A stretch of 62,121 nt of DNA, the filler included, from Actinobacteria bacterium UBA7524 (lineage in GTDB: Bacteria; Actinomycetota; Coriobacteriia; Anaerosomatales; UBA912): assembly GCA_002478275.1 (NCBI GenBank). It is 8 parts of 8 records of this genome, joined end to end, with 100 filler letters (N's around TTAATTAATTAA, not from the genome) between each part and the next. Parts side by side here need not be neighbours in the genome. Positions count along the whole stretch, not along the records: positions 28,753 to 32,322 come from DLMY01000029.1; positions 32,423 to 42,125 come from DLMY01000014.1; 6 more parts are not named here. One strand, given 5' to 3'. The translations under genes were made by a program, and so were the position numbers. Positions 30,907 to 40,318 of the stretch are shown one piece after another (positions within the stretch are counted from its first letter, which is position 1; each line of letters starts with the position of its first letter). Below the pieces are notes generated by a model. That model was not told the DNA's origin and ran no database searches. It was given only the letters and a program-made list of their open reading frames with translations.

Positions 30907-30996
30907 GTCTAACGATGTAGCGCATAAGCTGCGCGCCACCAGCTTACCGCGAAGCGCCGAGGACATGTGCGCGTCAGCTTGATGCGCCTGTTAGCG
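30907..30996 (-). repeat. Integron attC site (90 bp)
   Basis: Plus strand GTCTAAC..GCGCATAAGCTGCGCGC...GCGCGTCAGCTTGATGCGCCTGTTAGCG. Confidence 0.9.
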
Positions 30997-31009
30997 CGAT
31001 CGCGTCGAC

Positions 31010-31153
31010 TCAGGACTCATCCCGGCTCGCTGCTGCACGATCCTCACGCCGACGAGCGCGCCGGCTGGCCTGCTTGGCCAGTGCCTTACGACCCCAGTAG
31101 CCCTTGCCGCGCTTGGCGCCCGCATGCTCTGACTTGACCCGTCCCCATGCCAT
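31010..31153 (-). CDS. Small basic 47-aa protein in the TA cassette
   Basis: MAWGRVKSEHAGAKRGKGYWGRKALAKQASRRARRREDRAAASRDES; AGGTG RBS just after the antitoxin stop. Confidence 0.55.
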   Translation of the reverse strand: MAWGRVKSEHAGAKRGKGYWGRKALAKQASRRARRREDRAAASRDES

Positions 31154-31162
31154 CGCGTTCAC

Positions 31163-31447
31163 CTATGCCGACACGTGCAGCTTGAGCCCGAGCGAGCGCA
31201 CGACCTTTTGCACGGTACCGAACTCAGGGTTGCCCTCAGGTGACAAAGCCTTGTAGAGACTCTCGCGCCCGAGCCCGGTCTCACGGGCGATCTGCGTCAT
31301 ACCCTTCGCGCGCGCGACATCTCCGAGGGCGGCGGCAAGAAGCGCCGGGTCATCCTCTTCGAGGGCTGCATCGAGATACGCCGCGATGGCCTCGTCTGAA
31401 TCGAGGTAGCGGGTGACATCCCAGGGATGTGTCTTCGTCTTAGCCAT
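31163..31447 (-). CDS. Addiction module antidote (HTH antitoxin)
   Basis: WDVTRYLDSDEAIAAYL, ALGDVARAKGMTQIARETGLGRESLYKALS..GNPEFGT. Confidence 0.92.
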   Translation of the reverse strand: MAKTKTHPWDVTRYLDSDEAIAAYLDAALEEDDPALLAAALGDVARAKGMTQIARETGLGRESLYKALSPEGNPEFGTVQKVVRSLGLKLHVSA

Positions 31448-31458
31448 CACAGTCCTCC

Positions 31459-31749
31459 TCACAACCCGCGCGCCAGTTCCTTCGCGCGTTCGATGTCGCG
31501 CCTCTGGGTGGACTTGTCGCCACCCGCAAGTAGCACGATCACGGTCTCGCCTTGCCGGATGAAGTAGATACGGTAGCCCGGACCGTAGGTGATCCTGAGC
31601 TCTGACACTCCGTCTCCGACCGGCTTGGCGTCTCCCAGATTGCCGAGGGACACCCGCCGGATGCGTGCGGCGATGCGCAGTTGTGCGTTCAGATCGCGAA
31701 GCGACTCGAACCATTTCCGGTACGCATCTGTCTCCCGAATCTCGTACAT
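31459..31749 (-). CDS. Addiction module killer (RelE/ParE-family toxin)
   Basis: WFESLRD..GNLGDAKPVGDGVSELRI.YGPGYRIYF..LLAGGDKSTQ. Confidence 0.92.
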   Translation of the reverse strand: MYEIRETDAYRKWFESLRDLNAQLRIAARIRRVSLGNLGDAKPVGDGVSELRITYGPGYRIYFIRQGETVIVLLAGGDKSTQRRDIERAKELARGL

Positions 31750-31755
31750 GCTGTC

Positions 31756-31784
31756 AGTGTATCCCCAAAGATACATTCTGGCAA
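31756..31784 (-). promoter_or_regulatory. Sigma70 promoter and palindromic operator of the TA cassette (leaderless)
   Basis: TTGCCA-17bp-TACACT, ATG 6 nt after the -10; operator TGTATC-N6-GATACA. Confidence 0.8.
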
Positions 31785-31801
31785 ACGGCCGCGGAGATTC
31801 G

Positions 31802-31888
31802 GGCTAACGTCTTCGCGCATAAGCTGCGCGCCATGCGCCTTCAGGTCGATTCTACCTTGTACGCGCCAGCTTGATGCGCTTGTTAGGC
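31802..31888 (-). repeat. Integron attC site (87 bp)
   Basis: Plus strand GGCTAAC..GCGCATAAGCTGCGCG...CGCGCCAGCTTGATGCGCTTGTTAGGC. Confidence 0.9.
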
Positions 31889-32293
31889 CTCTCTCATGTC
31901 AGCTAGCTCGGACGTGCGGATGTGTCTAGCTCGGATCAGTCTTACGACCGCTGATCCCAGCTCGGCAAAGGCTGCCGAAAGGGCCGCGATGTAGACCGCG
32001 TTCGCCACGGAGGACGACTGCCATATGTTCGTCGTCAGTTGCAGACTCGTGTACGGGTTGATGTGCCTGACCGCGGTCACCAGCACACCGATTAGGACCG
32101 TGAACCATAGTGGCACCGTCGCTGGTCGCGCAATCTGCACAACCAGACCCAGGACGAACGGAGTCAGACCCACGGCACCAACCCAGGTTGCCAAGACCAA
32201 CCACTCGACTGGCCCGAGACCTCCCCAGGTATTGATCGCAATCAGAAGAAGGGCGGCGGCAACAACAAGGGTCGCACCTGTGAAACGAGCCAT
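31883..32293 (-). CDS. Gene-cassette membrane protein
   Basis: Four TM segments; TAA stop lies inside attC R''; next R' GCCTAAC at 32312-32318. Confidence 0.75.
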   Translation of the reverse strand: MARFTGATLVVAAALLLIAINTWGGLGPVEWLVLATWVGAVGLTPFVLGLVVQIARPATVPLWFTVLIGVLVTAVRHINPYTSLQLTTNIWQSSSVANAVYIAALSAAFAELGSAVVRLIRARHIRTSELADMREA

Positions 32294-32422
32294 CCGGCCA
32301 CCCCCTAGTAGGCCTAACGTGGNNNNNNNNNNNNNNNNNNNNNNNNNNNNNNNNNNNNNNNNNNNNTTAATTAATTAANNNNNNNNNNNNNNNNNNNNNN
32401 NNNNNNNNNNNNNNNNNNNNNN

Positions 32423-33048
32423 TCGTCGGAGCCATCGGCCACACGCGCCGAGTACACGAGCCACGTCCCACCGTTGCCGGCAGCGTCCACGTACTGGATG
32501 AATGGATGCGCCGCCCAGAAGTCCGCGTCTCCGTAGGAGGCGAGAACGCCGAACATCGAGCCGTCCCGCATGTTGTGGCCGTGGAGCAGCGTCGCCCGCG
32601 AGCTGTCGCCCGCGTAGCGCGGCGAGCGGTAGTCGGCGAAGATCGCGCCACGCGCATCGGCATCGCCATCCGCCGCGTGAGTGAGGTAGTTCACGTTGTC
32701 CGTCGTCTGCACCACGGGCTCATGGAGGTCGGTGCCGGGAATCGAGAGGTAGCCGATCACGTCCGGATTCGCAGCCTTCGCCTCGAGGAGCCGGGAGTAG
32801 AGCTCGGCATCCGAGAGCAGCCCGTAGGTCTCGCGGTCTCTCGCCGTCAGCCGTGCCCGGCCGTCGTCGCCGGTGCGAACCTTCAGCCAGCCCCCGGATA
32901 TGGTCTGCCGGTACCAGTACGTGACCAGCAGCTTGCCGTCGACGAGCTCGGTATAGGGCGCGTAGTCGGCTGTCACGTACGAGAAGCCCTCGATCGGTAG
33001 CTTGTCGAGGCCTTCGGCCCGGACACGCGGCATGTCCGATCGGGTCAC
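32423..33048 (-). CDS. Class B sortase domain protein, partial (probably 5'-truncated)
   Basis: NPDVIGYLSIPGT..PVVQTTDN.NYL, GAIFADYR, HGHNMRDGSMFG. Confidence 0.75.
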
Positions 33049-33113
33049 TCAGAGGGCCGCAGCCGACAGTATCGGCGACCTATTCAGCGGCGCTCTAGGT
33101 GCAGTAGAAAAGC

Positions 33114-33263
33114 AATCGGGCAACAAATCGGGCAACAATTCAGAGGCCGTACCCCCTCTGACCTGCGAAAATGTGGTGCCCCCAAGGGAATTCGAATCTG
33201 CGCACCTGCTTGCAGGGGGTTTCGAGGCGGTTCATGCCGTTGCGGTATCGCCGCAGGTCAGAG
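33114..33263. mobile_element. Integrative-element att site: tRNA 3' fragment with arm-type repeats
   Basis: 33174-33198 reverse complement GATTCGAATTCCCTTGGGGGCACCA (tRNA-Glu-like T-loop to CCA); tandem AATCGGGCAACA x2 at 33114-33137; perfect IR CTCTGACCTGCG (33156-33167) / CGCAGGTCAGAG (33252-33263). Confidence 0.7.
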
Positions 33264-33493
33264 ACTGTTTCCGTGTCGATTCGTGCCAGCCATGGGATGC
33301 CGTTTCGAGCTGTTTCGCGGACGGATGGCGAGTGAATGGCGAGTGTCGGTAAGGCCTGCTCAGACTGCGGCACCTCCCGTGATGGCACCGCCCCCTGACG
33401 CGTGAGTGCATTCCCGTCTGCCGTGTTGGGCGACATCTGGGAGACTCCTCGCGGGAGCTGCCCGACAGGAGTTGACAGTCATCGCCACATGTG

Positions 33494-33522
33494 TTGCACG
33501 ATTCGATCTCGAGTACTATGCT
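33494..33522 (+). promoter_or_regulatory. Putative sigma70 promoter for the RiPP precursor
   Basis: TTGCAC-17bp-TATGCT upstream of the RBS GGGGAGGGG. Confidence 0.45.
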
Positions 33523-33560
33523 CGCGCCGGGCCAGCGTGTCAGATGGGGAGGGGTGCTTT

Positions 33561-33755
33561 ATGCAGCACATAGGACTGATTGGCCAGAAATATCGGGGAT
33601 GTCAGGACAAAGAGGCTCAGGCTATGGCGTGCTCAGTACTGGACCTTTGCTGGTCGTATGACGGCAGTGGTTGGTGCCCCAACTACGACGTCTGCAACTA
33701 CGACTTCAAGACAAGGTGCCCAGTGTATGACTCCTGCAACGCCGACTACAGCTAG
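33561..33755 (+). CDS. Cys-rich RiPP (ranthipeptide-like) precursor, 64 aa
   Basis: MQHIGLIGQKYRGCQDKEAQAMA-CSVLDLCWSYDGSGW-CPNYDVCNYDFKTR-CPVYDSCNADYS; good RBS; directly upstream of a radical SAM/SPASM gene. Confidence 0.8.
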   Translation: MQHIGLIGQKYRGCQDKEAQAMACSVLDLCWSYDGSGWCPNYDVCNYDFKTRCPVYDSCNADYS

Positions 33756-33998
33756 AAGCCTCATCCGCACCCAACGCAATCAGACAGGTCGGGCGTGGAG
33801 TCTCGCGCTGCTTGTTCATGACGCAAGCTAGACACGCGCGCTTATCAAATCTGGCATCGCTGGCCCAAGGGCGCGCTCCGCGTGATGATGAACCTCACTC
33901 TCCTATCGGCCGTACAACAAGTTCAGCGCAGCCCGCGCCGTAGGTCGGGGGGTCCGTCTGCCCCCCGCCTACCACTTCACCTACATCTAGGAGGAGTA

Positions 33999-35363
33999 AT
34001 GCACGAGTTCTCAATCAGGGACCGCTCGTACCTCGTGGACGAGGAGACCTTCGTATGTCTCTCCCCTGATGAAGTGGCATTCAGGGGACTGCACATTTGG
34101 GAGGAGGCCGGACGCGGACCTGAAGGGGATGTGAGGTCCAGACTACTTGCCGAAGGATTTCCCCCAGATTCGGTTGATGAGTTCGCAAGAGAACTCCCCG
34201 AGTTGAGCGAAATGCTGTCAGCTCATCGCATGACGGAGGAAGTCCCTCTGTCCATTCGCAACCTCGAGCTGCACGTCGCGCATTCATGCAACCTTGGCTG
34301 CCAGTACTGCTTCGCGGGGCAAGGCGCCTATGGGCTTAAGCAGACGCTGATGTCTGATGAGGTAGCCTTCCAGGCCGTCGATATGCTCGTTGAAGGCTCT
34401 AAGAGTAGTGAGCCCCTCGGAATCGTCTTCTTCGGAGGAGAGCCGCTGATGAATCGCGCGCTGATTCGCAAGACGATCACACATGCCAAGGAGCACCACT
34501 CGAACAGGTCTTTCCAGTACTCTGTCACGACCAACGGCACCCTCATCGACGAAGAAGTGGTGACCCTGTTCAAAGAGAACAACTTCACTGTCGTGGTCAG
34601 CATGGATGGCGTCGGCGGTACGCAAGACACGCTTAGACCCTACAAGAACGGACGTGGAAGTTCAGCGGACATTGTGCGCAACGTGGGAAGCCTCACGAAA
34701 CACATGCCGGCCACCGTGCGATGCACGCTCACTAGACGGAATCTGGCGATGATGGAGATCTGCGACGAGCTTTGTGCCATCGGCTTTCGTAAGGTGCACT
34801 TTGCACCCGTCAGCGCTGAGGACGATGACTTGCGCATCGATATGGAGAGCCTTCACGTGTTGAAACGCGAGCTGCTCGGGTTCGCCGACGAGTTCATCGA
34901 ACGCGCCAAGGAGCGTCGCCCGCAGAGATTCTCTGGATTCGATGACCTCCTCTCTCAGCTCAACAGGGGCACCACCACGTCGGTGGGTTGTGGCGCGGGA
35001 CGGCGGCTTGTCGCAGTCGCCCCGGATGGCGATTTGTACCCTTGCCATCGCTATGTCGGGACATCTGCCTACAAGATGGGCGATGTCTGGCAGGGAATGG
35101 ACGACTGCGCTTCTGAGCGTTTCCGGAGAGTGAACACAAGCACGCGCGAGGACTGCCGGACGTGTTGGATCCGGGGCGTGTGCGGCGGAGGCTGCGTTCA
35201 TGAGGCGTCCCGAGATGACGGGAGTATCGGACGAGTTGCCGACTCAGTCATGTGTGACTACCGCCGCACATGCGCTGAGGTTGCAATCGACCTGTTGTGG
35301 CGCCTCGAAGCCGAGCAAGTGAAGGACGTGCTGGAAGCCTCCGACGGGAAGACGGCATGTTGA
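33999..35363 (+). CDS. Radical SAM/SPASM peptide maturase (SCIFF/CteB-like)
   Basis: LHVAHSCNLGCQYCF, FFGGEPL, TTNGTL, SMDG, CGAG..PDGDLYPCH, CRTCWIRGVCGGGC; RBS AGGAGG. Confidence 0.92.
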   Translation: MHEFSIRDRSYLVDEETFVCLSPDEVAFRGLHIWEEAGRGPEGDVRSRLLAEGFPPDSVDEFARELPELSEMLSAHRMTEEVPLSIRNLELHVAHSCNLGCQYCFAGQGAYGLKQTLMSDEVAFQAVDMLVEGSKSSEPLGIVFFGGEPLMNRALIRKTITHAKEHHSNRSFQYSVTTNGTLIDEEVVTLFKENNFTVVVSMDGVGGTQDTLRPYKNGRGSSADIVRNVGSLTKHMPATVRCTLTRRNLAMMEICDELCAIGFRKVHFAPVSAEDDDLRIDMESLHVLKRELLGFADEFIERAKERRPQRFSGFDDLLSQLNRGTTTSVGCGAGRRLVAVAPDGDLYPCHRYVGTSAYKMGDVWQGMDDCASERFRRVNTSTREDCRTCWIRGVCGGGCVHEASRDDGSIGRVADSVMCDYRRTCAEVAIDLLWRLEAEQVKDVLEASDGKTAC

Positions 35364-36241
35364 GTCCCGCACTCCAAGTCGATGGAGTCTCCAAGACGTA
35401 CCGCGACAACGTGCGCGCGCTGATGAGCGTTGACCTTAGTCTGGGGTGTGGCGTCTTCGGACTGCTGGGCCCTAACGGGGCGGGAAAGACCACACTGCTG
35501 AGGCTCCTGGCCACCCTCATCGAGCCGACGTCAGGCCGCATCGCCCTCGATGGTCTTGACTCCAAGCGTGATCGCGCTCGCTATCGCTCGAGCCTGGGCT
35601 ATCTTCCCCAACGGTTCGGCCTCCACTCGCGTCTGACCGCCCACGAGCACGTGCTCTACTTCGCATCGCTCAAAGGCATCACAGGCGCTCCTGCGCGTGC
35701 TGATGCGGAACGCCTCATAGAGGAGGTCGGGCTGTCGTCCGTGGCCGGTCGTCAGGTCGGGGGCCTCTCAGGGGGGATGAAGCAGCGGATCGGCATCGCG
35801 GGGGCGCTGCTCGGGTCCCCAAGGCTCATCGTGGTAGACGAGCCGACCGCCGGACTAGATCCCGAGGAGCGGATTCGCTTCCGCAACCTTCTGGAACAGG
35901 TGTCTCGCGACGCTGTGGTGATTCTCTCAACGCATATCGTCCAGGATGTGGATCTCGGATGTTCGCGCGTGGCCGTTATCGCCGGGGGCCGGATTCTGCA
36001 CGACTCCAGTCCGGACGAGCTAGCCGCTGTGGCCCGGAACAAGGTGTGGACCCTCGAGACTCAGCCTGAGTGCCTTGAGCAACTGAAGCACACGCATGCC
36101 ATCACATCAGTGCAGAGCCAACCGAGCGGTGCTGTCCGCGCCCGTCTTGTCGGCCGAGAGGCTGTCGCCGGGGCAGTGCCCGCTGACGCACAGGTGGAGG
36201 ATGGTTACGTGGAGTTGCTCAGGCCAGGTGGCCTGTCGTGA
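35357..36241 (+). CDS. ABC transporter ATP-binding protein
   Basis: GPNGAGKTT, LSGGMKQR, VDEPTAGLD, STH. Confidence 0.93.
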   Translation: MLSPALQVDGVSKTYRDNVRALMSVDLSLGCGVFGLLGPNGAGKTTLLRLLATLIEPTSGRIALDGLDSKRDRARYRSSLGYLPQRFGLHSRLTAHEHVLYFASLKGITGAPARADAERLIEEVGLSSVAGRQVGGLSGGMKQRIGIAGALLGSPRLIVVDEPTAGLDPEERIRFRNLLEQVSRDAVVILSTHIVQDVDLGCSRVAVIAGGRILHDSSPDELAAVARNKVWTLETQPECLEQLKHTHAITSVQSQPSGAVRARLVGREAVAGAVPADAQVEDGYVELLRPGGLS

Positions 36242-37870
36242 GTCCCGCCACCCTCACTGTGGCCCGGGTTGAGATCAGCCGATTCTGGAGTTCGCCGGCG
36301 CGTGTTGGAGCCCTGCTGCTCGTAGTCGTAGCAGGGTGGGTCCTGGGTGGACCGCTGAACCAGGCGCCCGAGGTCTATCGCACGTCGAGCGACTGGCCGC
36401 TTGCCGGCCAGGCGTTACAGGTGGCGGCGGCCATCGCTGCCCTTCTGGGCTGTGGATGGGCTGCCGGAGCCGTGCTTGACGATGCAGACGGCGGGATCCT
36501 GGAGATGGTCATCGCTTCGGGCACTTCGGCACGAGCGTACGTGCTCGGCAAGATCGCCGCTCTCATGGCAGTCCTGTCGACCCCTGCCATCGTGCTGGCG
36601 TTCCTCCTCCCGATTCAGCGCCGGGCTGAGGTCGGACTCGGCAGCCTCTGGCCGTACCTTGCCGCCTTCCTGGTCGTGTANNNNNNNNNNNNNNNNNNNN
36701 NNNNNNNNNNNNNNNNNNNNNNNNNNNNNNNNNNNNNNNNNNNNNNNNNNNNNNNNNNNNNNNNNNNNNNNNNNNNNNNNNNNNNNNNNNNNNNNNNTGG
36801 TCCTGGTCGTGTACATCCCCACAAGTGGATTCGCCGTCTGCTTCGGCGCGGCGGCAGGCACACTGGCGCGGAGCCGGTCGCTCGCGATCGTCACCTTTGC
36901 AGTCTTGTGGGTGACAGGCTTCATGGGGTTTGCGATGCCTGTCGTGACACAGGTTCTCGACGTGACAGGGGCTTCGCTCAACACCGCCTTCTTCCAGAGC
37001 GTGTCCGCGACTGCCGGCGGTGTTGATGCGGCTGTGGTGCCAGCGGCGGCCTCATACATGCGAGAGCTGCTGCTCTATGCGCGGCTGTCGCTTGGATTCC
37101 TGGTGCTCGGCGCGCTGCTGTCTGCAGGTGTACTGGGTGTCTGGCTGACTCGACGATGGCAGGGCGATGCTCTGCCCCTTTTTGGAGGCCGCGTGGCTGC
37201 AGGGGTGCCGCGCGAGCCAGGCCGGCAGTGGTTGCTCGGACTAAGGGTTGGAGGATTCGGCAGAATTGCCGCAGCCATGGCGGCTGCTCTGGCGACATGC
37301 GTGCTATCGGCAACGACCGACGATCCTCGGCGCGTCGGCATCTTCCTTATCGAGTCGATGACGCCACTGCTCTTCGTCTTTGCCTATGCGAGTGTGTTCC
37401 CGTCGGATGCGACGGCGGGCGTGAGTGAGACGACTCTGTCCACGCCTGGTTTCCGCAGACCCTACCTGATGCGCCTTGCCGCAACAACGCTGGCGTTGCT
37501 ACTCACCCTGCTCGTCCAGGTGGGTGTCTGGGGCAAACACATGCCGTTCAGTGTGCCGTCCGCGTTGATTTTGGGTCTCACACCAGCGCTGCTGTTCGGC
37601 GGCGCTGCGTGGGTGCTCGGCGTGATGTCGCGAAACGCAGCAACAGCATCCACGACGATGTCGGCCGTATGGGTCGTGGCGCAGACCCCCTTCGTGGCGA
37701 CATTCATGTCGAGTTCGTGGCTGAGTCGGCTCTATCCGTTCCCGACAAGTCACGGACTCATCGCGAATGTGACGATGCTCGATAGGCTTCCGCTCCTGCT
37801 CGTGGGCCTGATTCTGTTCGGAATCGGACTCGCCAACCTGGGCAGACCCGAACACCTGTTGGCGACGTGA
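36238..37870 (+). CDS. ABC-2 type permease (tandem), one ORF across an overlap gap
   Basis: Many TM helices; TCCTGGTCGTGTA repeated either side of the gap. Confidence 0.7.
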
Positions 37871-38472
37871 TGCCCGATCTCTACACTGCCCTACTGGTCG
37901 TGGGCATGTACGCCGTGCTGCACGTCGGATACACCCTGCGTGTGATTCCTGCGGGGTTCCTGATTGCGGTTGGGGTCGTGATTGTGGCAGTTACCGGCAG
38001 AGCCCAATCTATGATTCTCGACGTCAGCCTGGTTCATGCGTGCATTGCGGGCCCCCTGATAGGCGCGGGCCTGTTTGCGGTGTCGTGCATCGTTTCTCGG
38101 CGGAGTCTTCCGGCCGCCGTGAAGAGGATTGCGCGTTCCCACTCTGGGACTTCAGACGGACATGACTTGCGGAGAATCAGTGGACAACTCGGAGGCGCGC
38201 TGTGGGAGGAAGCCTTCTGGCGCGGCACGGTCGTGTACTTCGCAAGCCCGTCGATCATCGGCATCGGCTTGGCAAACGTGGCCTTCGTGGGTTCACACTA
38301 CCCGCGAGTCCGTTCAGTTGCTGGGTTAGTCGATCTAGCCGTCGTCGGCCTGGTCCTGTCGGTTGTCTACCTAGCTCTCGGAGACGTGTTGGTCGTCGCC
38401 GTGGCCCATTGGGTCCGCAACGCCCTGATACTTGTGTCACTACCTCGAGAGGAGACTCATCATGACTGCTGA
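37867..38472 (+). CDS. CPBP/Abi (CAAX-type) intramembrane metalloprotease
   Basis: EEAFWRG, FVGSH, AHWVRN. Confidence 0.85.
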   Translation: MMPDLYTALLVVGMYAVLHVGYTLRVIPAGFLIAVGVVIVAVTGRAQSMILDVSLVHACIAGPLIGAGLFAVSCIVSRRSLPAAVKRIARSHSGTSDGHDLRRISGQLGGALWEEAFWRGTVVYFASPSIIGIGLANVAFVGSHYPRVRSVAGLVDLAVVGLVLSVVYLALGDVLVVAVAHWVRNALILVSLPREETHHDC

Positions 38473-40153
38473 CAGTGGCCTACGGCCGTTTCTCAAGTAC
38501 GTGCGCCCGCATGCTGCAGGCTTCGTCGCAGCACTTGTCGCCTCTCTCGGGGCCGCCCTGCTGTCGCTGGCCTACCCGCTGCTGCTGAAGCGCCTGCTCG
38601 ATTCATGGTCTGAGGGGGTGGCGAGTGTGGTGTTCTGGCCAATTGTCGGCGTCTTCGCTGCCGCAGCAATTGCCCAGACCGTCACCACCATTGCTGGCCA
38701 GTTCGCGTTCGTCAGGGCTACCCAGAGAGCGCTCGCGTCAATGCGGCTCGATATGCTGGACAAAGTGATGTCGAAGCCAACGAACTTCTTCTCAGCGGAA
38801 CAAGAAGGGAGTGTCCTCTCGGTATTCATGAACGATGTGAACACCGTGAACGGCATGCTGACAGGTGGGCTACTTAGTGTGTTGACGAGTCTCCTCACGC
38901 TATTCGCTGTTCTTGGGGTCTTGTTCTACCTTGATTGGGCCGTCACTCTCATGCTCGCAGCTTTCATGTGCATGTTCGTACTCGTGCAGCTGTGGTTTGG
39001 GCCACGGCTCAGGCGCTTGAGCCGCGCGTACCATGAGCGACTTGCCGGGGTCACCGAGATGCTGCATGAAGCGTATGCAGGTATTCGCGTGATCAAGACA
39101 TTCAACCATGAAGACGGCTACTTGAACCGTTTCGATCGTTGTCTCGGAGCCGCTGTGTCGGCCTTCGAGCGCCTGAATTTGAATGGTCTGGTGATGACGG
39201 AATCTAGCGGGCTCGCCGGCTCGCTCGGCCTGGTGTGCGCGCTGGCATTCATGGGAATGGCGCTATCGCGCGGCACAATCTCGGTGGGTAGCACGGTCGC
39301 ATATCTCAGCCTAAGTTCCTCGGCCTTCGCGCCCCTCCGAGGAGTAATTGGATTCAGCGTGCAGTATCGCACAGCATTGGGCGCTGCAGAACGCATCAGC
39401 GAGCTGATGAACTCCGCACAGTCACGACTCATCCCGGAAGAATCTCGCATACGTACACTCACGACTACCGCCGATGCACCCATATTGCAGTTTGAGTCGG
39501 CCAGCTTCTCCTACGGCGACATCCGCGTATTGGACGAGGTCAGCTTCAGCCTGAGCCGAGGCGAACGCCTCCTGCTTACCGGGCCAAGCGGTGCCGGCAA
39601 GAGCACGTTGATCGACTTGGTACTTGGGTTTGTGCGCCCCGCGAAAGGCGAAATCAGATTCATGGGTGTACCCGTCAGCGAAGCGGACTCGGCATGGCTC
39701 CGAAGTCGGATTTCACTGGTGCAGCAGGATCCCTTCCTATTCAACGATTCTCTCCGATCAAATCTGGCCATCGCGGCGCCGGAGGCCGGGGAGGCAGCGA
39801 TGCTGTCTGCGATTGCCAAGGTGGGTCTTGGGCCGCTCGTAGACCGACTCCCCCGAGGGCTGGACTCCGAAGTGGGAGAGCGAGGCGCCATGCTATCCGG
39901 TGGCGAGAAGCAACGAATCGCTATCGCGAGAGCGTTGCTCCGAGACGGTGACCTGGTCGTTCTGGACGAGGCAACCGCATGGCTGGACTCAGAGACCGAA
40001 CAGGGCATGTGGGACGAATTAGCGGCCTGGCTCGACCACAAAGCGGTCATACTAGTGTCGCACAGGGACAGTACCAGCTTCGGTGCCGGTCGGCACCTGA
40101 GTCTCCGCTCAGGGCGACTCGAAACCATTGTGAGCGTCGTGGCTCAAGGGTAG
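38462..40153 (+). CDS. ABC exporter, fused permease/ATPase
   Basis: TM domain plus GPSGAGKST, LSGGEKQRIAIARA, LDEAT, SHR. Confidence 0.92.
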   Translation: MTADSGLRPFLKYVRPHAAGFVAALVASLGAALLSLAYPLLLKRLLDSWSEGVASVVFWPIVGVFAAAAIAQTVTTIAGQFAFVRATQRALASMRLDMLDKVMSKPTNFFSAEQEGSVLSVFMNDVNTVNGMLTGGLLSVLTSLLTLFAVLGVLFYLDWAVTLMLAAFMCMFVLVQLWFGPRLRRLSRAYHERLAGVTEMLHEAYAGIRVIKTFNHEDGYLNRFDRCLGAAVSAFERLNLNGLVMTESSGLAGSLGLVCALAFMGMALSRGTISVGSTVAYLSLSSSAFAPLRGVIGFSVQYRTALGAAERISELMNSAQSRLIPEESRIRTLTTTADAPILQFESASFSYGDIRVLDEVSFSLSRGERLLLTGPSGAGKSTLIDLVLGFVRPAKGEIRFMGVPVSEADSAWLRSRISLVQQDPFLFNDSLRSNLAIAAPEAGEAAMLSAIAKVGLGPLVDRLPRGLDSEVGERGAMLSGGEKQRIAIARALLRDGDLVVLDEATAWLDSETEQGMWDELAAWLDHKAVILVSHRDSTSFGAGRHLSLRSGRLETIVSVVAQG

Positions 40154-40318
40154 GGCTCTGGACTCACCTCATGTTCTCCACGTCCGAAGAGTCCTCACAG
40201 ACTCCGAGATCGTGATTGACGAGCCCCACAACCTGCGTCACCCCGGACTTCGGGTTAGACCGGAGCTCGGCACTGCGCGAGGCGCGAATCCGGAGCGCGC
40301 GGGCGAGCCCCGGCGCCC

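Noticed and set aside
24092..32322. Recurrent palindromes read as a CRISPR array or REP elements
   Set aside because: The spacers are whole genes, the repeats vary in length and sequence, and they show attC box structure with cassette-specific end pairing.
33174..33198. tRNA gene
   Set aside because: Only the T-loop to CCA is present; the 5' strand of the T-stem and the rest are absent.
36668..36813. Apparent frameshift and repeat in the permease
   Set aside because: Overlap either side of a gap of estimated length; assembly artefact.
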